From a bacterium (GTDB taxonomy: Bacteria; Desulfobacterota; UBA8473): DNA of 32,707 bases. Made by a program: the position numbers and the translations under genes. Under the pieces are notes generated by a model, which saw only the letters and a program-made list of their open reading frames with translations, was not told the DNA's origin and ran no database searches. Shown piece after piece: positions 28,593-32,707 of the stretch (position 1 is the first letter of the stretch; each line of letters starts with the position of its first letter). The DNA lies in contig WOUX01000001.1 of NCBI GenBank assembly GCA_009773075.1, forward strand, positions 5,990-38,696, written 5' to 3'.

Positions 28593-30374
28593 TCAATTTG
28601 AATTCCTCAAATCCTTAAACTCCCTGGGAAAACGCTTTATCATCTCTTCCTTAACAAAGGATTTGATCTCTGAAGCGGTTGAAAACCCCATAATGCTGTC
28701 CAAAAGTTCCTTTGATTCCCTGTATGTTATAGAACGTATGATCTTCTTAACTCCTAAAACCGACAGGGCATTCATGCTCAATTCATCTAAACCCATTCCC
28801 AGAAGGATAGGGATATATAATGGTTCTCCAGCCATCTCTCCACACATTCCTACCTTGATGCCTGCATTATGTCCACAGTCAACCACATGCTTTATCACTC
28901 TTAAGACCGCTGGATGCAGGGGTTCATAAAGATAAGCTACATGTTCGTTTACTCGATCGATTGCCAGCGAATATTGGATGAGATCATTGGTTCCAATGCT
29001 AAAAAAGTCTACTTCTTTAGCTAAGATATCAGCCAGGGTAACGGCTGATGGGATCTCTATCATTATCCCAATCTTGATATTAGAGTCGAAGGGAATCCCC
29101 TCGTTTTTCAGCTCTAATTTTACCTTTTCTAATATCTCTTTTGTTTGAAGGATCTCACTAACCCCTGAAATCATAGGAAACATAATCTTAATCTTCCCGT
29201 AGTTGCTGGCCTTTAAAATCGCTCTCAACTGGGTCTTGAATATATCAACTTCTCTTAGACAAAATCTAATGGCCCTGAGGCCCATAGCAGGGTTCATCTC
29301 TTTAGCCAGATCAAGATGAGAAATGAATTTATCTCCACCAATATCCATGGTTCTTATGGTTGTATAGGAGTGAAATCGCTCTACAACACTCTTGTAAGCC
29401 TGAAACTGTTCTTCCTCCGATGGGAGTTCCTTTCGCCCCAGGTATAAAAACTCGGTTCTATATAAACCTATCCCTTCTGCCCCATGTTCCAAAACTGACG
29501 GGATTTCTTCAATCAATTCTATATTCGCTACAACCTTAATTTTATAACCGTCCAACGTCTGAGCAGGCAGGTCTTTATATTTAAATAGTTCTTTTTCTAA
29601 TCTTTCATAAATTCGCTTCTTCTCTAAATACTCATTCAGTACCGTCTTTGTAGGATTGATTAACACTATGCCTGTATTACCATCAATTATAAGGGAGTCC
29701 CCTATCTTTACCTCCTGGGTAATCCTTTCCAAACCAACCACAGCAGGAATCTCTAACGCCCTTGCCATGATTGCCGTATGAGATGTCTTCCCGCCTATAT
29801 CGGTTGCAAACCCAATAACCTTATCCCTTGTCATCTGTGCTGTATCAGCCGGCGACAAATCATGGGCAACAATAATAACCTTTTCTTTTAAATCAGAAAT
29901 ACTATCCTGGTTCTTTCCTAAGAGATTTCTAACAATCCTTTCTCCAATATAATCAACATCACTCTTTCTTTCACTCAAATACTCATCATCTATATTTTTG
30001 AAGGCCCCTCTAAGCTTTTGCAGGGTAATCTCCAATGCCCATTCGGCATTGACTTTTTCTTCTCTTATCCTCCTTATAGTTTCGTCAATAAGCATTCTGT
30101 CTTCAAGTATCATAAGCTGCGCGTCGATAATATAAACCACCTCTTTGGCATCTTGACTAAGGATATTATCCTTTACCTTTAAACACTGCTCTTTTGATTC
30201 TTCAACAGCGATTTTAAAACGTCTCTCCTCTCCCGGCACTTCAGCTTCACCAATAAGTCGATATGCAAGCATATCTACCCTGTCTCGATCAATTGGTTGA
30301 GCCTTCCCAATAACTATTCCAGGAGAGCCTCCTATACCCTTTACAACGTAGTCTTCCTTCCTTTTAAGTTCCAT
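28593..30374 (-). CDS. ptsI: Phosphoenolpyruvate-protein phosphotransferase (PTS enzyme I)
   Basis: Phosphohistidine region GGKTSHTAIMARALEIPAVVG and PEP-utilising C-domain FFSIGTNDLIQY. 593 aa, with no N-terminal GAF domain. Confidence 0.95.
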   Translation of the reverse strand: MELKRKEDYVVKGIGGSPGIVIGKAQPIDRDRVDMLAYRLIGEAEVPGEERRFKIAVEESKEQCLKVKDNILSQDAKEVVYIIDAQLMILEDRMLIDETIRRIREEKVNAEWALEITLQKLRGAFKNIDDEYLSERKSDVDYIGERIVRNLLGKNQDSISDLKEKVIIVAHDLSPADTAQMTRDKVIGFATDIGGKTSHTAIMARALEIPAVVGLERITQEVKIGDSLIIDGNTGIVLINPTKTVLNEYLEKKRIYERLEKELFKYKDLPAQTLDGYKIKVVANIELIEEIPSVLEHGAEGIGLYRTEFLYLGRKELPSEEEQFQAYKSVVERFHSYTTIRTMDIGGDKFISHLDLAKEMNPAMGLRAIRFCLREVDIFKTQLRAILKASNYGKIKIMFPMISGVSEILQTKEILEKVKLELKNEGIPFDSNIKIGIMIEIPSAVTLADILAKEVDFFSIGTNDLIQYSLAIDRVNEHVAYLYEPLHPAVLRVIKHVVDCGHNAGIKVGMCGEMAGEPLYIPILLGMGLDELSMNALSVLGVKKIIRSITYRESKELLDSIMGFSTASEIKSFVKEEMIKRFPREFKDLRNSN

Positions 30375-30376
30375 CC

Positions 30377-30685
30377 CTATTCTTCTCCAAATCTTTCCTC
30401 TATTAGACGGCCCAATTCCTCTATAGCTTCTCTGGCATCTCTGCCTTCAGCTCTTATAACAATCTCGCTTCCTTGTGAAGCGGCTAACATTAATATTCCC
30501 ATTATGCCCTTGCTATCAATCTCCAGCCCATCTTTTTTAATGCTAATATCTGAAACAAATTTATTGGCCGTTTTAACGAGCTGAGTTGCAGGCCGGACAT
30601 GGATACCCAGTTTGTTCTTTATAGTAAAGGACTTACTTTGAATATGGTATTCCTTTCTATCTTCAGAGTTATTATAGTCAACCAT
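30377..30685 (-). CDS. ptsH: Phosphocarrier protein HPr
   Basis: Active-site GIHVRPA (His15 equivalent). About 17 aa N-terminal extension. The stop lies 2 nt before the ptsI start. Confidence 0.9.
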   Translation of the reverse strand: MVDYNNSEDRKEYHIQSKSFTIKNKLGIHVRPATQLVKTANKFVSDISIKKDGLEIDSKGIMGILMLAASQGSEIVIRAEGRDAREAIEELGRLIEERFGEE

Positions 30686-30709
30686 ATCTTCTTCCGGAGC
30701 TTTGATCTC

Positions 30710-31471
30710 TTAAACTAACCCATGGATTTTCTTTAAAAATTTCATAGAATTAGGTTCTTTTCCCATTTGGTACTGTATAAAATTGGCGATGGCGTCTTTA
30801 CTCTCCATTAACGCCTGCTTTGAAAATATCAGCCGATGAATTTTTCTGAAGTCCATATCTCTGGCTAAAAGCAGTATCTTCAAGGTTCCTGGAGATATGG
30901 GAGATAGGTTTCCCTGTCCATGTGAACACCTGTTGCAAACTATCCCCCCTTTAACTGAACTGAACCAAAACATCTCACCATTAGAAAGTCTATGCCCGCA
31001 TGTCAAACACCCCTGCAATTGAGGTTGATACCCAACAAGAGAAAGGAGACGGATCTCAAATATCCTCGCAATTTCTTCGCCAAGTTTGTGACCGTTAATC
31101 ATGGACAATGAATCAACCAGAAGATTAAAAACCTCATTGTTCTTTTCTCTCTCACCAACTAATTCATTAATCAACTCAATAAAATAGCTTCCATATGCCA
31201 TCTTTTCGATATCTTTATAGATTTCCATATGTGCTTTAATAATGCTACAATTATTTATCCTTGCCAACTCCAGGTTTTCTTTTTGGAAGAAAAGAAGGCT
31301 GATATAGGAAAACAACTCAAGAGTATTGCTAAACCTCTTTTTGCTCTTTTTCGCCCCTTTTGCAATTCCTCTCAATTTTCCAAAATCTCGGGTGAAGAAG
31401 GTTACGATCTTATCGGACTCGCTAAAATCCATGGAGCGAATAACGATAGCATCAGTTCTATAAAGAGGCAT
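30710..31471 (-). CDS. recO: DNA repair protein RecO
   Basis: N-terminal OB-fold pattern MPLYRTDAIVIRSMDFSESDKIVTFFTRDFGKLRGIAKGAKKSKKRF and zinc motif CLTCGH...CNRC. Start set at MPLYRT by homologue N-termini rather than the upstream ATG at 31534. Confidence 0.88.
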   Translation of the reverse strand: MPLYRTDAIVIRSMDFSESDKIVTFFTRDFGKLRGIAKGAKKSKKRFSNTLELFSYISLLFFQKENLELARINNCSIIKAHMEIYKDIEKMAYGSYFIELINELVGEREKNNEVFNLLVDSLSMINGHKLGEEIARIFEIRLLSLVGYQPQLQGCLTCGHRLSNGEMFWFSSVKGGIVCNRCSHGQGNLSPISPGTLKILLLARDMDFRKIHRLIFSKQALMESKDAIANFIQYQMGKEPNSMKFLKKIHGLV

Positions 31472-31549
31472 AGAGAAGGAATCCTTCTTTCTAAAGAATA
31501 TACTTTGAAATCCAACATCTCTATCGCAACGCATTGTTAAGCTAATATG

Positions 31550-32467
31550 TTAAATATACGTCAACCACTTCTTGTATTTCTCTTGTTTCCCACGTATTAT
31601 ATCGAAGAATATATTCTGAAGGGTTTGGGTAATTTCACCAGGCTTACCGTTACCGATGCTTCTATTATCCACCTGTCTTATAGGAGTAATCTCAGCCGCT
31701 GTTCCAGTGAAGAATGCCTCATCAGCTACATATAGTTCATCTCGGGTAAACCTCTCCTCAATCACCCTTATTCCTCTATCCAAAGCAATAGATATAACTG
31801 ATTCCCTTGTAATTCCAGGCAGCACAGATGTAAGGGGCGGGGTCTTCAAGTCTCCCTTCTGGGTAATAAAGATATTTTCACCTGTAGCTTCACAGACGTA
31901 CCCCTCAGTGTCTAGAATGACAGCTTCATCATAGCCATCCTGCACGACCTCTCTTTTAGCCAAAACCGAATTTACATAATTTCCGCATATCTTTGCCTTG
32001 GTCATCATAATATTAACATGATGACGGGTAAACGATGAGGTTTTAACCCGTATTCCATTCTTTAGCCCGTCATCACCCAAATAAGCCCCCCATTGCCAAA
32101 CAGCAATAGCAACTCTTATTGGGTTGTCTTGTGGATGGATACCCATTGCCCCGTCACCGATAAATACAATAGGCCTAATGTAGCTCTCTTTTAAGCCATT
32201 AATCTTTATGGTCTCTATAATCGCATTGGTTATCTCTTCCTTGCTAAAAGGGATATCAATCTGTCCAATATGGGCAGAGTTGAAAAAACGGTCTACATGT
32301 TCTTTTAATTTGAAGATTGCAGAACTTCCGTCATCGCACAGGTAACATCTGATGCCTTCAAATGCCCCTAAGCCGTAATGTAAGGTATGGGTTAAAATAT
32401 GTATGTTGGCGTCGTCCCAATCAACAAATCTCCCATCCATCCATATCTTCTCTAACTTCTCCACCAT
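31550..32467 (-). CDS. ilvE: Branched-chain amino acid aminotransferase (fold type IV)
   Basis: [11 protein letters not shown], catalytic Lys context [12 protein letters not shown], and GITRES region. SD AGGAGG lies 8 nt before the ATG at 32467. Confidence 0.93.
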   Translation of the reverse strand: MVEKLEKIWMDGRFVDWDDANIHILTHTLHYGLGAFEGIRCYLCDDGSSAIFKLKEHVDRFFNSAHIGQIDIPFSKEEITNAIIETIKINGLKESYIRPIVFIGDGAMGIHPQDNPIRVAIAVWQWGAYLGDDGLKNGIRVKTSSFTRHHVNIMMTKAKICGNYVNSVLAKREVVQDGYDEAVILDTEGYVCEATGENIFITQKGDLKTPPLTSVLPGITRESVISIALDRGIRVIEERFTRDELYVADEAFFTGTAAEITPIRQVDNRSIGNGKPGEITQTLQNIFFDIIRGKQEKYKKWLTYI

Positions 32468-32518
32468 GGTGGCTTTTCCTCCTTTTAATAACATAAAAGC
32501 ATCTATTAAGAATTGATT

Positions 32519-32547
32519 AGACTATATCATTGCAAATGATAAGTCAA
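32519..32547 (-). promoter_or_regulatory. Sigma-70-type promoter candidate of the ilvE-recO-ptsHI-metK-ahcY string, with a palindromic spacer
   Basis: On the minus strand: TTGACT (32542-32547), 17-nt spacer, TAGTCT (32519-32524). The spacer is entirely the 7-3-7 palindrome TATCATT-gca-AATGATA (32525-32541). Confidence 0.45.
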
Positions 32548-32614
32548 ATCTTTTTGCCGTATCCAAATTTTCAGGGGGAACTGGTGAGGGTATCTATTCT
32601 GTATTGGTAGTCAA

Positions 32615-32642
32615 TTGACATAGGGAATATATTATATATACT
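32615..32642 (+). promoter_or_regulatory. Divergent sigma-70-type promoter candidate reading out of the window
   Basis: TTGACA (32615-32620), 16-nt spacer, TATACT (32637-32642). The -35 is embedded in the 10-bp palindrome GTCAATTGAC (32610-32619). Confidence 0.3.
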
Positions 32643-32707
32643 ATTTACAACCCTCTTTTAACTTCTTTAAACTATCTAAAAAGGGTTTAGTTATAACTCC
32701 CTTCTCA

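Overview
The window is about 32.7 kb at roughly 40% G+C by eye, and almost all of it is conserved core genome. The gene content (MltD, DegP, a TonB-like protein, tig-clpP-clpX-lon, smpB-ssrA) fits a Gram-negative bacterium; the style looks Desulfobacterota- or Nitrospirota-like, but I cannot assign a taxon from sequence alone.

The + strand (1-25.9 kb) carries, in order:
- a partial acyl-CoA ligase, a CoADR-like flavoprotein fused to rhodanese, and dnaK without grpE or dnaJ nearby
- a trxA / Trx-fold membrane protein / CoA-binding protein / trxB operon
- a roughly 2 kb degraded, G+C-richer patch with a helicase-less RecD2 remnant and small ORFs
- mltD and degP
- an AmgK-like kinase split into two ORFs, then a RapZ-C-terminal-domain::MurU-like nucleotidyltransferase fusion
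- smpB, tmRNA, rph and rdgB
- a six-tRNA array (Pro, Arg, His, Arg, Lys, Leu), tig-clpP-clpX-lon, then tRNA-Val and tRNA-Asp
- a DUF169-like gene and an orphan TonB-like gene

The - strand (26-32.5 kb) holds one tightly packed string: ilvE-recO-ptsH-ptsI-metK-ahcY.

I found no CRISPR array, rRNA, transposase, integrase or recognisable defence system. The best candidate for something undescribed is the cell-wall-sugar module at 12.5-14.9 kb. There, a RapZ C-terminal (sugar-phosphate/RNA-binding) domain without its P-loop half is fused in frame to a MurU-type uridylyltransferase, downstream of an AmgK-like kinase whose catalytic loop is collapsed.

Secondary curiosities are:
- the in-frame-deleted RecD2 remnant
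- a promoter- and SD-equipped zinc-ribbon mini-gene cut by an in-frame TGA
- a repeat-rich clpX-lon spacer with a 6-codon mini-ORF
- two near-identical tRNA-Arg genes with different anticodons
- a perfect palindrome filling the ilvE operon promoter spacer

All homology calls come from motif recognition by eye. No database search was run.
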